64,000 bases of DNA, taken from positions 47,554,001-47,618,000 of the forward strand of contig OX597818.1 in NCBI GenBank assembly GCA_951406725.2, read 5' to 3'. Shown here one piece after another: positions 41,906-56,300 of the stretch (the first letter of the stretch is position 1; each line of letters begins with the position of its first letter). Under the pieces are notes generated by a model, which made no database searches, was not told the DNA's origin, and worked only from the letters and a program-made list of their open reading frames with translations. The position numbers and the translations under genes were made by a program. Source of the stretch: Octopus vulgaris. Its lineage: Eukaryota.

Positions 41906-44341
41906 TTTAAGAGTGAAGGATATTCTATGTAACCCCTGATTTCATAAATTTTTTCATTTAGCCATTAATTAAGAGAAAAATAGGTTTAATTAATAATGTA
42001 TTTAAAAAGAAGGATACACACACACACACACACACACACATACACACACATATATATATATATATATAGTCTTTTAAGAGTGAAGGTTATTCTATGTAAC
42101 CCCTGATTACATAATTTTTTTATTTATTTAGCCACTAATTAAGAGAAAAATAGGTTTAATTAATAATGTATTTAAAAAGAAGGATGCTGGCAGATCATAT
42201 TAATTTATTAATTACACCACCTACTAATTATACTGCACATGAACAAGACCTTTTTACACATGAACTAAACATTTTGCACTCCCATAAAGAATAGAACTTT
42301 CAATTTTTTTACTTTCTAATATATATTATTAAGTCTTTACCTAAGATTCAGTGAAGATTAATCTAAATAAAACTAGCTGTATAGTGTTTACTACTCAGTT
42401 TTAATTAACAATCGATTTTAAAAGAATACTAGAGTATAGCATTCTGTTTTATAAACAGTTATTTGCTGTTTATAGAAAATATTAATTTAATATTGTAAAT
42501 TAATATTTTCTATGAAATAAATTGCTTTTATGTTATATAATATTTATAAAACATATTAATTCATTAACTATTGTTCACTGTTGAATTACTGCTTAAAAGA
42601 ACTATATATGTAAATATAGTGTATTTGTATGTAAATAGTTGAGTTGTGGCTATTGAAATTCTTATTTATAATAGGTTCTTTATTTACAATAGAATTTATT
42701 TACATAATACTGCTATCACCAATATGACAAAACCAGATTGTTTCAATAGAGATTTATTTATTTTATTCAATGTGACAAAACCAGATTACTGAGCAGAGGT
42801 TGACGTATTTTATTATTTTATTCATATTTTTATTAAAGTAAGTATTAACCCTTTAGTGTTCAGATTACTCTGTTAAATCTAATACTTTTCCACTCAAATT
42901 GTTTTGAATTAATCAAGCATTATCTTATAGCTTTGAGGTTTCAATGATGTGGTTGTTTATTTTTAGAATGTCAATGTAGGTTAGGTGTGAGAGGCTAGAT
43001 TTGGCCAGTTTGAATATAAAACATGTGGAATATCTGGGCCGGATATGGCCAGTTTAAACACTAAAGGGTTAAAGTAATTTTGATCAGCATTAATCTGTGA
43101 TTAATTGATATAAATTAATTATTCATGATAAACGTGAGTTTTAATATAATAGTAAAGGTGATTTAGACACATGTGGAATTATTGTAATGCACATCGTCTG
43201 GGGTTGGATTCTTTGGAATAGTCCTATTTCTGCTAAGATTTTTTATAATCCTAAGTATAGTGTAATATAAAGTGATTAGTATAAAGATATAAAAAAATTT
43301 CATTCCTCAGTTAAATATTTTAAAATAATTATTGAGATATTCCCTCATTTTAAATAGTTTTAATTTGTCCAACTTTCATTTAAGTCATGTGACTGCCCGT
43401 TTAGTATCTCTATCCTATAGTATTGTTCTTACCCAAAGCAAGAAATCAGCATCATAGATCAGCACCCACTACACTCTCAGAGTGGTTGGCATTAGGAAGG
43501 GCATCCAGCTGTAGAAACTCTGCCAAATCAAGATTGGAGCCTGGTGCAGCCATCTGGTTCGCCAGCCCTCAGTCAAAATCGTCCAACCCATGCTAGCATG
43601 GAAAGCGGACGTTAAACGACAATGATGATGATGATTCTCGCTAATGCATTGCATTGCAATCCAGAATGTTAGTTGTCTTAAAGTCGACAAGATCAACAAA
43701 ATTCTCACAGCTAAAAATTTACAAATATTATTACTTACCTTCTCCAGGAAATTGCTTGAACTTTAGTCAAAACCGATTTTTCCTCTCTGTCTTATTGTCT
43801 TAACTACCAACTCCTTAAAAATAGTTAACACACATTTATTTTATAACTCTAATATGTGAGCAGTCACTTCATTATCATCACATATTTAGTCTCTAAATTC
43901 TTATTCCTTTTCAAAATCATTTAGAAAGTTCTTTCACACACTGTATGATATACACTTATGATAATAAGCCATGCAATATATGCACTCCTGAGTTATATAG
44001 AATCCTTTTTTCCTAATACCAATTACCCTAAAGACACTCTTAACTAGTCCTTCTTTGAAGATATAGTCACTTAGAACTCTGAAATATTTTAAACCAATGA
44101 TTTTTCTGAAATGGATAATTTCTTTTCCTTCTTTAGAATCTCACCTTCCATTTCTAATTATTTGTCAGTAATCTCCCTATCCATTGTGTTTCAATTATAT
44201 ATGCAGCTGTGTGTGTATTTTTTTTTGTGTATCATTACATAGACTTGCAATGGGTATAATTTATTTTGCTTCATGTATCTATATCTAATTTTTGTACATA
44301 CACACATAAATACATTTATACATATATGGGTTTTGTCTTCA

Positions 44342-44377
<36 letters not shown>

Positions 44378-47300
44378 CATAAATGCATACACATGCACAA
44401 CATTATATAAAGAATATGTGAATTGATTTCAAGATTAAGAAAGGTCCATATTATTTGGAAAGTTAAACAGAATTGTTGGTAATGATTAATTGGAAACTGA
44501 AGAGAGACAAAAGATAATGGTGAACAGCTTAATATATATCCAGCTCTAGAATATTACTACAAATTAATATTACTAATAAAGATTAAAATTTAAGGTTACA
44601 TACATAATTATTACATGTGTTTGTATGTATATTCATGTGTGTATATGCATGTATGTATGTATGTACGTACGTATGTAGGTAGGTAGGTAAGTTGGTATAT
44701 ATGTAATTTATGTTTGTATTTGTGTTTTTCCCATTTCTATTGGTCATTTATTTACTTTGGTATTATTAGTTATTCCTTTTTCTGATAGTTAAAGCCAATC
44801 TCTTGCTTTTGAATATTATTGATTTTTTTAAAACTTTTAATTATATTCATATCTAAAAAAAATATTTTACGTTTATAATCAATTTGCTTCCTTATTTCTC
44901 TTAAAATGTTACTTTTATTTCAATAAATTTGGAAAATAATAAATAATTTTAAAAATAAGCTTTGTTATTATTAAGCTGGGACTTGGAGCATAAATTAACA
45001 TGACATTTTGGTGGGAGGTTTTAATTTAGATCGCTTTAAAGCAGAGAATTTGTATCTTAGAACTTGAGATGGTCTCAAGCAGGTTGTTATCAAAAGGATT
45101 AATACAAGGTGACTCTTCTTATAATGTGTGTCTTTTGTATCTCCTCTTCCAGCCGTATCATTATCGTTCTCCTATCTTGTTATACATTTTAAACATTTTT
45201 ATAGGCTACAGCTAGATGCCCTTCCTAATGCCACTCTGTAAAATGGTTGGCATTAAGAATGGCATCCAGCCATAAAAACTATGCCAAAACAGACAACTGG
45301 TGCATGGTGCAGCCATACTGTTCAATCCCTGCCAGCATGGAGAACAAACATTAAATGATGACAATTTTATCATGTAGCTTTGACATTTTTCTTATTAGAC
45401 TTGTTTACCAATTCCTAGTTATAATACAACTTTGATTTAATCTTTATCATCCATAACTTATTTTCTATTCATCTATATAGCAATTTACTGATATATAAAT
45501 ATTTATACACATTTTTGTAGTAATTGCATCTCATCCAAGTAGCATCCCATCTTATAATGTCTGATTGCCTCTTCAAATCACTTTGTAAATTTGGGAGATG
45601 GAAACTGTAGGAAGCTCAGTGTGGAGTGCAAAATGATGAATAATGTTTACATTCCTTGTTGACATTATGATAGGCTGTTCTGGATTTTCAAAGACCTGTA
45701 AAACAAAAGACCCCTTACTTGAAAAACAGGTCAGGGTTTGCAAAAGGAGGACCAACAACAAACAAATAAAAACAACAATGCCTGAGATATGTCTTCATGC
45801 AAACTTATGCTAGTGTGAAAAAGCAGGGATTAAATGTGTGTGTGTAAAAAAGGCTAATAAACAAAAGTTGGCGTAATGAATGTACTTACAAGGAATACAA
45901 ATAAACAAAAGGAATAATGTGATAGTCTTATCTGTACAGCTGTTTTGGACAAACTATGACTGTTGCCATAACCATGTGATAAAGTCCTATAGCATCATAG
46001 GTGAATAGAATAACATGAATTTTTATAGCCAGAATCTTCTGATGAGGATAACATGATTTCACCTCATGGATCCAAAAAAAATTGTGTTGTTCTGTATGCC
46101 TACAATACTATGTGACTTTAGTATAGATTTCATGGTTCGTTGGAAACAGCTGTAAAGACAAGTGGGCTTCTACATCATTCCTTTTGCTTATTTGTATTCC
46201 ATATAAGTACATTACTTACACCTGATATTCTTTACTTACTTTTTTTTTTTTACCTGCTTGATAGACATTGTTCTTATAGCTGATCCCTACACCAGAGCTA
46301 CCTGCCCTGATGAAGGAGTTGGGATTTAAGTTTTGATTTATCTGTGCACTACTTGGCAAATATTTATACCATACTTTACTGTTCTTCAACACACACACAC
46401 ACACTCTCTCTCTCTCTCTCCATCTGTATATAAATGTACTATAGTAAAATAAGATACTTATTTGAAAACATTGCTTATATATAAAATCTGTAAGCAAGGC
46501 AACTAATTTATAACTTATGTCAAGAACTGGGAGGAAAACATTGAAAAGTAAGTGAAAGGAAATAGTGAAAAAAAAAACTATTAAAAAAATACTCAAATAT
46601 GTAAACAGACTGTTAACTTACTAGAAATATAACAAATGTTATTTGGTATAATACATAAATATTTATACTTAGTGAAATATGTGAAAAATATTTTATTTTA
46701 TTACATATTTAACCATTTTGTTACTCTGTTTCTTTTAAATTGCACTTGTTGTTTTAATTGGTTTTAAAGATAATGAAGAATTTAATAAAATAACTTTGGC
46801 ATTATTAAGCTGATGTTTGAAATGTAAACTTATGTGAAATCTTGATGGTAAGTTTAAATGCAGGCCACTTTGAAACCTGAAGTTTATATCATAGAACCAA
46901 GAAGGGGCTCAAATTGGTTGGTATCAAAAAGGTTTAATATTAGCTAGATAATAAAACATACTAGGAAGAATATATTACAATGCTTAATTTTATTTTAACA
47001 TAAGTCTAGAATAAGTAAGGCAAGGACTGCTTTTCACCTGTTAAAAAAAGTGTGGAGCGCAAGTGTAATTTCAATAAAGAACAAAATAAGAATTTTTAGC
47101 TCTAACGTAAAAATGGTGTTATTGTATGGGGCTGAGATATGGTGAACAACAGTTAAGTCAAATAAGCAAATACAATCATTCATCAACAGATGCTTGCATA
47201 GTATACTTAAGATTAGATGGCCCGAACACATAAGCAATATGGAGCTATGGCAAAGGACAAATCAAGTTTCGATTAGGGAGCAAATATTTAAGAAAAAGTG

Positions 47301-50300
47301 GAAGTGGATTGGTAGCACAATTAGAAAAGAAACACCAGATGTAGCGAAAAGTGCTTTACAGTGGAAACCGGATGGATATAGAAAGAGAGGTAGGTCTAAG
47401 AACTCATAGCGTAGATCAACACAAAAGGAACTAGAGAAAGGGGGACATTCATGGCAGAGTATAAGTACAGAAGCGAAAAATTATGTGACATATTTTAATT
47501 ATAAGTGGCCTATACTCCACGTTGGAGGGTTAAAGGCAGGGGAAAAAAGTCTAAACCTAGTTCTGATTTACAAGAATAATATAAAATCATGTTTTGAATA
47601 ATCACAATAAATTTCATTTCTAATTGTACATTAATACTATGGGTTTTTTTTTTCCACAAGAGATATTGAACCAATGTTTTTATGAAAATATAAATGATAG
47701 TATAAATAAAGCAACTCAATAAAATTGCTGCTTTCCAAAGCAAATTAAATGTTTAAGCTTTTGAAATAGATACTAAACTGAATGTTGAAATATTTCAAAA
47801 TTATATTTAGATCAATTACAAAAACAAAATATTGTTGTCATAGTATTTTAATGTTATTTTTGTTTACATAAAGGAGATTGTCCTACCTTTCAAACTGTCA
47901 TTATTTTTTTAATCCTGTTTGCCACAATGTTATTCACAATGAATGAATTCCGTCTTTTTTTCGTATGGATAATGTTATCTCTTTTCATTACGCCATAAAG
48001 ACCGATATTATGTAATAGAAATGTCTTTTATTCAAAAGAATACATTACAATTAGAATCTAAAACATATTATCGATGTAATATTATTCATTGTAAAACGTT
48101 ACACATTTGTTTAATACAGATACTTAGATATATAATGTTCCTGAAATCATTTTATAATATATGTAATGCATAAAGAGATAAACTGAAAAGGGAAAATAAG
48201 AAAAGGAAGAACTAAAACCGCTATATAAGCTAAAATTTAGGAAACTTGAGTTTGGAAAGGTTTAAAAACTTCTATGCATGTTGTTCATAATCTGTTCAGA
48301 ATGTTTTTTAATAGAAGAATATTAGGAAACTGGCTCTCAAATGCTTCCAATGTACATAGCACATATGGTATATGTGAGGTTTTTAGGCACTTTAACTTTG
48401 CAATCTAAATTCCATATAATATTGCAATTAATTTTTTTTTCTCTTAAGCTTCCTAATGTATTCTGACAAAGTTGTTTCTTTTTATTTAATTGGGTTACAG
48501 AATGAATGAATATGTTGCAAGCACTGGTTCTTGAATGAATTAGCTGTTAGATCTGCTTACGATTTTATTGTATTGTTAGTCATAACAGAAGGTCATACAT
48601 GGTTTTCTTAAGTTTGATGAAAAAATATTTGCAGTTTTTTTGTTATTTTAAACTTTTATGCTTATTTAGGAATAAACTTATATTTAACTATAGTCAAAGC
48701 CTTGTAAATGGATTTAATAGGCAAAAACTGAAAGAAATCTGTTGTGTGTGCGTATATGTGCATGTGTGTCTGTGTACTTGTTTACATTTGCCGTTGCATT
48801 TACACGTCTCCAAAAATCACGCACTACAAGCAGTTACATTGTTTGCTTGTGAAAAATCATTTGCTGGCTTTAAACTTCAAAGGCATGAAATGAGAAATCC
48901 CTTACTTGAAAAAAAAAAAGAAGGTTAAAGAAGAAGTAAATATCTAGCTGTAAAATAATGCCCCAATAACATATTCATGTAATTCATGTTAACATGGAAA
49001 CAAATGACATTAACTTTGTGTAACTATATTTCAATCTATTGATTTATGCTAATTGTTTTGTTTTTACTCTTTATTCTTGTGTAGCCTGTTAAATTAAAGA
49101 TAGAAGAAAAGCTAGGTCAATCAATATTCTTTTTGTGATTTCCAAATTGCTGTTCAACAGTCACCCTCATCCCCATTGATGGCCCCACTGTGACAATTGA
49201 AGGCAAAACAGGTCAAGTGGTTTCCACCCATGCACCCTACACCTGTAACAGTAGTCTCTGACAAATCCTTCTTACTCTGGGTTGCTGGTCTCTCTGATGA
49301 CTTCCCAGATATTGTAGTAGGGGGTTCAAAATGGGTGAACTAGGGGACCATATGTTGGGGTCACATGATCATGCAAACTCTCTGCCAGCTATTCTTTTGG
49401 TCATGAGGACCATGTGGGAGAGAGCAGAGTCCTGTTGGAACAGACTCTTCCTTCACCTGAGCTTGACTACCATAATACTGTAATGGCATTGACCCTGTGG
49501 AAAATAATAAGGCAGCTTGACTTGGCTCTTATTGTGTATAAGAGAAGCAAAGCACGATGGGTATTTCAGGGTACTTGAACTTGTCTTGCAACCGCTTCAA
49601 CCAAATCCTATGGTTCTCAGTGGTTTTGAATTGTCCTCTCCTCATCATATGCCTGCTATTTCTTCCTATTATATTCAGTATCTACTGAAAATGTGTTTTC
49701 TCACAGGAGAGTTGTAATCCTAGTTGCCCTTTTTTGTTCTGTTCTTATATATGACATAAGGCGACGAGCTGGCAGAAACGTTAGCACGCTGGTCGAAATG
49801 CGTGGCCGTATTTCAACTGCTGTTACGTTCTGAGTTCAAATTCCGCCGAGGTCGACTTTGCCTTTCATCCTTTAGGGGTCGATAAAATTAAATACCAGTT
49901 ATGCACTGGGGTCGATGTAATCGACTTAATCTGTTTGTACTTGTTTGTCCCCTCTATGTTTAGCTCCTTGTGGGTAATAAAGAAATCTATGCATTTGAAA
50001 TCTATCATGAGGAAAACTTTTTTATTTTTCATTTCAAAGAAGAAGCTTTCTTAGAATAAAAGATTGGTTACAGCATCAGTTTGAATTTGAAATGAGGAAT
50101 TAGTGTTTGGTAAAAATGTACTAGTATGTGAGGAATTTCAGAGAAGAAATAGTTTTTTTTTTTTTTTTTTGGAAGATGTAAAATTTTTGTGTGCTGTTTA
50201 GTATGCCTGGTGAGTGTATAAAAGCAGAATTAATACATCAGACTTTATCACTTTCTGTATGTTCTACAAAAAATTAAGGAATTCTTATTGCTTATCGAGG

Positions 50301-53300
50301 AATAATTTGAGATTAATGAACTGGAAAAGTGTTTGGGAAGGAAAAACTGTGAGCAGAAGCAGTAGAAAGACAAAAATAATAACCAGTTTTGATGAAAGAT
50401 AAAAATTACCAGATATGAAGAGAATTTATGTATCACTCTGTTTAGCTAGCTGTTTAACTAATTACTCATTATGCTGCAAATATGTATAAGTAGATGTTTT
50501 CAGTGTTATTAGTTTTTTTCCATGCTAGCATATTTTATGGCTTTTCATTTCTATTCCTATATCAATATAAATATTTTTAGAATATGTCCAATTATTTCAA
50601 TCCATAATTTTCTTAGTTTACCTATTCCATGACTATTAACTTCAAATCAGTGTTTGAATCATTGCAGACATCCCTTATACGGCATCTTCTGATAGTTAGC
50701 TTGTTTTTCTCAGTGCGTTAATATGTATATGTATTTACTTATATATGTTTTCCCTGTGTATGTGTATGTGTATTTTCGTGTCTGTCTGTATAAGTGTGGC
50801 ATGTAACATCAATATTGTTGGATGAGAAGAAAAAAGAAGCTGCATGATGTGGATAAAGAATGCATGAAGCAGAATTAGGTCAAGGAAATTAGGATGCAGT
50901 AGATGATGCTAGGTTTAATTTTCAGCAGGGAAAATTATTTCATAAATCCAAGATGATAAAGATAGGGATGATTGTATGATACATATGGATATATATGTTG
51001 TGTGTATGTGTGTGTGTGTGTTTGTGTGTAGTTATGCATGTGAAGGGTGAATAAAAATAACATCAGTGGCATTATTATTATTGTTGAAGGAGGCAGCACT
51101 GAAGTTTCTTAATGTTACTGTTTAATACAGATGAGTTCTTTGGTCTGCTTACAGAAAATGATGGTGTGTAACATATGTGCTTTGTCTTTTGTTTGCAGGT
51201 TAAAACACGACTAAATGTTGTTGTTGTTTTTCACGGCATTTAAAGTATGTCATAATGAAAGTCATTTCTGGCTATTGAAATCCTTTTACATGCAGTGTAA
51301 AAAGAAGACTTTGTAATGTAGTTCAGTATTATAGGTAATAACGGATACTGTGAACTAGGATAAATGTATTTCAGATCAATAGAAGAATGTATGGTCTCTG
51401 ACTATAACAGGAGAGAGAGAGAGAGAAGAAACATCTGACTCCTTTGCAAATCAACACATTAAACAATTGTAATACTGTTGCAGTTTGGAATATTAACAAA
51501 GTGTGTCCAGCACATTAACAAAATGTACTTCAAGCATTGTTGGTGCTATGGCAGCTTACCTTTGTTGTGAAGAGGAAATATGCGAAAATTTGTTCACTTA
51601 GTTGTTTTTGTGTCCATTTTACTTTGTTAGCATGGGTTAGACAAACATTATTACTGAGGCGTTGTTTTATAGTTGGATGCCCTTCCTGTTGCTAACCTTC
51701 ATCTCTTTTTCAAAGGATCTCCTATTCTACATGTTTTTGATGTCGCAAGACCAGTGGACAATTTGTCAACAGAAAAGATGACAACATCACCCATTCTAGC
51801 TTGTTATTTTCATAGAAGTGCAGACATAAACAAACACACAGACATACACTCATGCACGAACATATCTATACATTTCTAGTCAATACTATATATATAGGCT
51901 TATGTAAACACTTTGTCTTCAGATAGACAAAGAAAGTGAAAGTAAAAAAAAAAAGGGAAAAGAAAAGCAGAAAGGAGCAGCAGTCAAAAACCTAGGTACT
52001 GAGAGGAAAATAAACTTAATCAATAGAAAAAAGAAGTTTTAATAAACGCATGGGAAACCTGTTGAAGTAGTTGTGGAATAATGTAATGAATAGTTTCTTA
52101 TGGTTGCCTAAGATGCATACAATCAGATGTGTTGTTATTGAAAGATAATAGAAAGTGCTGAAAAGTAGTGGCTAGGGTTGTATGTGCTAGAAGTCAATCA
52201 GTCTCAAGTAATTTGGTTACGACTACTAAAAGAGAGAAAAAAGAAAGAAAGGAAAACAGATCTGTATAACTGGACTTGCTGTGTGTGCTTACATTTAACC
52301 CTTTCAATACCAACCTGGCTGAAACCGCCTCTGGTTCTGTAGTACAAATGTTTTGTTTTCATAAGTTTTGAATAAAAATCTTCCACCAAACTTTAGTCAT
52401 GATTTATGTTCTCAACCCTAGCTTAATGATAACTAAGTTATTTTACTAAATTCTTTGTTATATTTAGAATTAGTTGAAAGAAACACAGAGCATCTCAAAA
52501 TAAATACGGTAACAAAAGGGTTAATCTGTGGGACTATTCAGGATGTGTGACCACACATAGTTTGGGGTCACACAGGCCAATTGCAGTGAGTCTGAAAACA
52601 AGGATATTATGGGGAATTTTATAAATCTTATAAAAAGGAAGAAGAGATATAAGATTCCTCGTGTTGTAGTTTTGCAAGCTTGACATAGTTAATGAGTCCC
52701 GTGATTCAATTAAATGGTTATGTGAGCCATACTATTTAACAAGGTTAGCATTTTGATATGAGAGCTGAATTTATTTATTGAATAGAGCCTCAGGCAGCAA
52801 GGGACTTCATAAGACTGCAGCATTTCTTAAATGACTATACCACAATAAGACTATGAGGAAGGGATTGAACTAATATATGGCAGACTTATAATATTGAACT
52901 CTCAAACTTCAAATTGTTTTTGTATATTATGGTAACACATAAAAGGCACCTGTGCTGGTGACACAAAAGGCATCTATGCTAGCGACACATAAAGGACACC
53001 CATGCTGGTGACATGTAAAGGTCACCTGTGCCAGTGACACATAAAAGGCACCCATACCAGTAACATTTAGAAAGTACCCATTCTGTAAAGTGGTTGGTGT
53101 TAGGAAGGACATCCTGCTGTACAACCAAGTACAACAGACAGCTGGAGCTTGGTAGCTTATTTTTGTATTTACCCTTTCGTTACCAAGCCAGCTGAAACCG
53201 GCTCTGGCTCTGAGTACAAATATCTTGTTTCCATAAGTTTTGAATTAAAATCTTCCACCAAACCTTAGTCACAATTTATGTTCCTAACACTAGCTGAATG

Positions 53301-56300
53301 ATAACTAAGTTATTTTACTAAATTCTTAGTCATATTTAAAGTAATTGAAAGAGACATAGAGCATCTCAAAATAAATACAGTAATGAAAGGGTTAAAGAAG
53401 AAATAGTTGAGAGTATGTTAAGCATTCTGGAATGATCTGAAAGATGAAAAATCCTGTTTCAAAATGTCACTGAAAATAAAACTTGGTCTGCTACAAGAAA
53501 CAAACCACAATTAGAAGAATACTGGCACTAATGTTCCAAATACACTCCTGCAAAGAACCCTTTTTTTTTTAACAATGCAAAATGTATTGTGTACAGTGCT
53601 CCCTAGTAAGAAAATGTTACCAATCATCTTTGAATTGTATGTGACTACAATGCTGGAACTCAGTTACAAAATATAAAAGTAGACTATCTGAGATTTAAGT
53701 TAGGCTGCAATCAACTTATAATCTGCATTTTGGTATCATGTAAATTTCTTTTCTTTTTAAGGTGAAGAAACATATTAGAACTTTGTATGCTAGGAGGTGT
53801 CACTTTATTGATTATGTCTGCATATGTTTGTGTGTCTTTATGTATTCAGACACACACACACACACACACCATTGTAACAGTGCCAAGACAGAAGAGTTAG
53901 ATTCCATGCAACTTAAACATCAACAATAATTATCACATAATGCCAGTTTCTCCCTCTTCATCTCTCTCCTCCTCCCTTTAGCCCCCTCCCTCCTCCTCCC
54001 TTCAGCCCCCCCCCTTGATTCTCTATTGTTATGTTTTTCCTTTCAGTACTCCCAATCTATCAATAAGCACAAACAAAATTCTCATCTCTCTTTTCAAAGA
54101 AGAATTCTTCTTGAAACATTAGTTTGCTTTTTTTTTTCTCATGGCATAAAATTTTCTTCACTATTTTATACTTTTTATTATATTTACTATTTGCCACTGC
54201 AGACCAGCACTAATTTCCTTGGATTTTATTATTTCACATTAGCAGACCTTACAATATCTACAATGTTGACTAGGGTTAAGTTTATATGCATGAAACCAGT
54301 GATGTTATGGAAAACAGGAATTTATAAATATCTGAAATGGTGTTTAACAACGTAAGGGAAATGAAATTACCTAAACATGGAATCAGAACATTTGCAGTCT
54401 CAGCTTGTAGAAGAATCGCTTCTCTCTTTTTTTTTCTTTTTTTCAGTGCTTATCTTTAGTTCATATTTTCATATCTGTGCAGATTGATTAAATAACATTT
54501 AGATAAACAGCAGAAATACTTCAAAGGAAAACAAACTAGAAATGATTCTTGTGATTTATTGAAACACTAGCACTATGACCCGGCGTTGCCGGGTCATAGT
54601 GCTAGTGCATGCATATACAGCTGCGTGCGTACGCACATACACGCGAGTACTGTCCAAATCTCCGACCAATCACATACAGCTAGCTGGCAGTCAATTGGCG
54701 TATCAAGTTTCGGGCATTTTGATTGGGTTTTGGATAGAAAATTCACAGAAAAGTCACTTCTATTGATTTTTTAATGGTTTTGCGGGGTGACTGGGGAAAT
54801 GTAAAGATGTGCACGATCGCCCTTGGACGGTTTTGAATGACCATAGAAAGTGCGAGCCCTCTAACTGAAAAATTGTGGATTTGTATAAAGGACACACACA
54901 CAGACAGACATTTTGCCGTTTATATATATAGATATGCAATGATTGAAGTGATAAATAAAACATTTAATGTTATTGTATTGGGAATTATTTTTTTTTCTCT
55001 CTTCACCACACAGGTTTAAATTCGCCGTGATTCTTGGTAAACGCCAGTTCCCCAGTATGGAGTGCAACAGTAAGAAGGATGGTAAGAAAGAGGCAGCCGA
55101 TCTGACATTGCGCATTCTCATTGCTGAAGGACAGTATCAGTTAGAGAACACCGTCTCAGTAAGTATTTTACCGAAAAATGCTGTGTTCATATTACAGTTT
55201 GTAAAAGATAACATTTATTCATTGACAATTTTATTTACAAAAAACATATTGATTTTAGAACACTGATCAAATGTGTTTAAAACTGGCTTCATCCTACGTT
55301 TGTTTAAGCTAATTTCTGTTGTTGTTAATTAGAAATAGAAAAACCAGAAAAAACATGGGGTTTTTGTTTCAATAATTTTACCTATTTTCATTGCTTGAAA
55401 TTTTAACTAAAAAATCTAATGATTTTTGTAATGCAAAAAAATCTTGATATATATTTTAAGAATCATTAAATAATGCGTCTATTTTGTGTTAATACTTTTA
55501 ACTATTTAACTAATTTCATGATTTGACCCTTTGCCTGTCCAAAGCATTTTCATAGGTTTGTCCTAAATGTCCATACTTGTTTTTAGACTTTTAGCCCTTT
55601 TACTTTCTGTATTACTATTTGCCACTGTTCTGAGTAGTATAAAACTTTACTTCCATAAATCTCAAGTTACTCTGCTTATTGAAAGAAATCAGGAATGTGT
55701 ATCATATATGATACATAGACAACAGGGAAATGTGATATACAAGACAGGCAAAGGGTTAAGGCTTCATATTTCAAAAGTTATCTAAATTAAAAACTATCTA
55801 AGATTTGTATTGTAAGGTTAACCAATCTGGAGTCAAAAGCAACAGACAAATCAGCTTATTATGACAAAATAATTACATTTGACATTTGGATGTAATTTCT
55901 TTTTGGTCAGAGGTCCTTACTAATTGAAATCTAAGAAGTATTTTATCTTTTACAAAACCCAGAGTCAAAGTACAACTTCTTAAAAATCATTTAACATGCC
56001 AATTATATGAACCTGCTAATCCAGCTTTGGTTCATATTTATTCTACCACTGCCAGTGGTACATGAAACTTTCCTTAATTGCAACCATCAGTTATTGATCA
56101 GGCATGATGTATGCCATCATCACACTGTTATCCTTACTATGTCTGTATATTGTGAGGTCATATTTTCTTAGTCTTTCTCTATACCGACACACTCTTCAGC
56201 AGACTACTTCAGTTACAACTTACAAAATATTGCTTCTTTGATTAGACTGACAGGAAATTGGTTGAGTAGTTCAAAGGCTTATTGTTTTGATGTCTCTTTT

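Noticed and set aside
46307-46345. Second CTGATGA hammerhead box
   Set aside because: No downstream GAAA or closing helices.
35596-55013. Additional dsRBD exons in the long intron
   Set aside because: No KKxxK or NP...L.E pattern with splice sites found by eye or in the ORF track; short exons cannot be fully excluded.
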